Shown here in pieces: positions 62,546-64,000 of a stretch of DNA of 64,000 nucleotides; position 1 is the stretch's first letter; each line of letters begins with the position of its first letter. Source of the stretch: Eledone cirrhosa. Its lineage: Eukaryota. The notes under the pieces were generated by a model. It saw nothing but the letters and a program-made list of their open reading frames with translations, was not told the DNA's origin and ran no database searches. Both the position numbers and the translations under genes were made by a program. The stretch lies in NCBI GenBank assembly GCA_964016885.1, contig OZ024740.1, forward strand, positions 73,966,001 through 74,030,000, in the 5' to 3' direction.

Positions 62546-64000
62546 GAAAAATTTGAACAGAGACAGAACAGAGAGGCAGTACAATAAATGTTTATTAAAT
62601 TCACGCTCAGGAGAGTGGGGGGTAGGTGGGGGGACGACGTTTCGGGCATAAGCCCTTCCTCAGGTGAGAAGTGTGTGGGAACAGAGTTCAAAAGGTGTGT
62701 AGGGGAGTGGTGGAGAGACATATAGCGAAAGGAAACGGTGCGAATGAAAAATTAACAAATAAAGACAAAAAATATAAAAAATAAAAATAAAGCATGATCA
62801 AAATACAAGGAATGAGAAAATTTAAAAATAAAGGCATGATCAAAATAAACTGAAATTAAAAGGGGGGTAAACAGGTGGTGGAAGGGTGTGGGGTGAGTAG
62901 GGGTGGTGGCGGGTGGAGTGGGGAGAGGGAGACGGGTGTCCGAGCGGGGAGGGCTGAAGGTAGTGTGTGTGTGTAGGTGTGCGTGTGTGTGTGTGTGTGT
63001 ATGTGAAAGTGAGGGTTGGGGGAAGAACGGGGTTGCATGTTCAGGAAGAGGTGTGTGTGGGGGGTGTTTTTGTGGGTCGGAGTGTCTGTGCGTGTGTGTG
63101 GATAGGGGGGGTGGGGGAGAGGAATCAGGAGGCTGAGGGTGTAAATATGTGGTGGGAAGCACGTGTGTGTGGGGTTTAAGCGTGTTGTGGGTGTGGGTGG
63201 CGTGTGGAGAAAAAATTTTTTTTGGGGTGTGTGTGTGGGTGAGTTATATAGGTGATGGCGTAAGAGGATGGTTGAAAAGTTGGTAAGTTCCACGGATGTT
63301 TGGAGATTTGGTTAGAAGTCAATTTCGCGTGTGGGTAATCCAAGACGCGGTGGTCGGAAGAGGAGAGATGTGGGGTGCGCGCGCAACAGCAAGTGGTCAG
63401 CAGTGGGAGTGCTGTGGTCAGTTGGTGCTGGGAGGTGGTGGGAAGGGCATAGCAGCAGTCGGTGGAATGGTAGGGAGGCGAGGATGGGTAGGTGTGAGAG
63501 TTGGAGTGAGGAGGGTGTGTGTGTGTGTGTGTGTGTGTGTATTAGTAGGGGTGTTAGTGGGATGAGTGAGTGTGGAGCGCGGGGGGGGGAGCGGGGAGAG
63601 AAGGGTGTGTGTGGTTCTATGGAGGGAGTGTGGTGTACTGGTGTGTGTGTAGTTTGGTGAAGAGGTGTTAGTGGGTGTTAGTATACGGGAGGTGGGGAGG
63701 GGTGGAATGCAGGTGTGAGTGGGGGTTAGTGGTGGTAGGGTGTGTAGAGTTGGTGGTGTACGAGGGTGTGTGGGTACGTGTGCGTGGGGTTGGGGGGTGT
63801 TAGTGATGTTAGTTGCGTGTGGGGTGGGTGGTGTAAGTGGGTGCGTGTGTGCGTGTGATAAGGAGGGGGGAGGAGGAGAAGAGGGGAGGGAAGGGATGTT
63901 AGTATGTTAGTTGGGGAAGGGTGGTCAGATGAGGGGTGGAGTGGAGGTGTTAGTATTGTTAGTGTGGGGTGGGCGGTGAAAAGGAGGGGTGTGTTAGTGG
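62543..64000 (-). mobile_element. 3' UTR of the PLE family at 42710-44543; runs off the window
   Basis: Collinear homology starting ATAATGAAAAAT..CAGAGAGGCAGTACAA. Confidence 0.88.
62634..62666 (-). ncRNA. Minimal hammerhead motif
   Basis: AC-CUGAGGA-A-GGGC UUAU GCCC-GAAA-C-GUC^GU. Within the core it differs from the 42823 copy only at variable position N7. Confidence 0.62.

Overview
AT-rich, microsatellite-dense animal genomic DNA. The repeat content suggests a coleoid cephalopod (octopus-like), which is an inference only. No host gene exon could be supported. The window is almost all transposable elements: (i) many RTE-clade LINE copies (APE + RT with an inserted PHD-like C4HC3 finger, (GAT)n tails), some nested; (ii) tRNA-head SINEs, one family sharing its 3' tail and a 5'-UTR module with the RTE LINEs; (iii) at least 8 Penelope-like elements (PLEs; RT + GIY-YIG), mostly sitting in (TA)n tracts, several with inverted pLTRs; (iv) about 10 type-I hammerhead ribozyme (HHR) motifs in PLE termini and in short non-coding fold-back elements; (v) two Chapaev3-type DNA transposons, a piggyBac-like MITE and two CRE-type RLE relics. 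Most notable: a strand-specific A>G substitution cluster in one RTE copy and in an adjacent SINE relic (possible genomic fossil of ADAR editing), non-coding palindromic HHR elements, a 57-bp-arm hairpin centred on an HHR stem II, and a 171-bp direct duplication flanking a DNA transposon. Coordinates were read by eye, and element boundaries are approximate unless stated otherwise.
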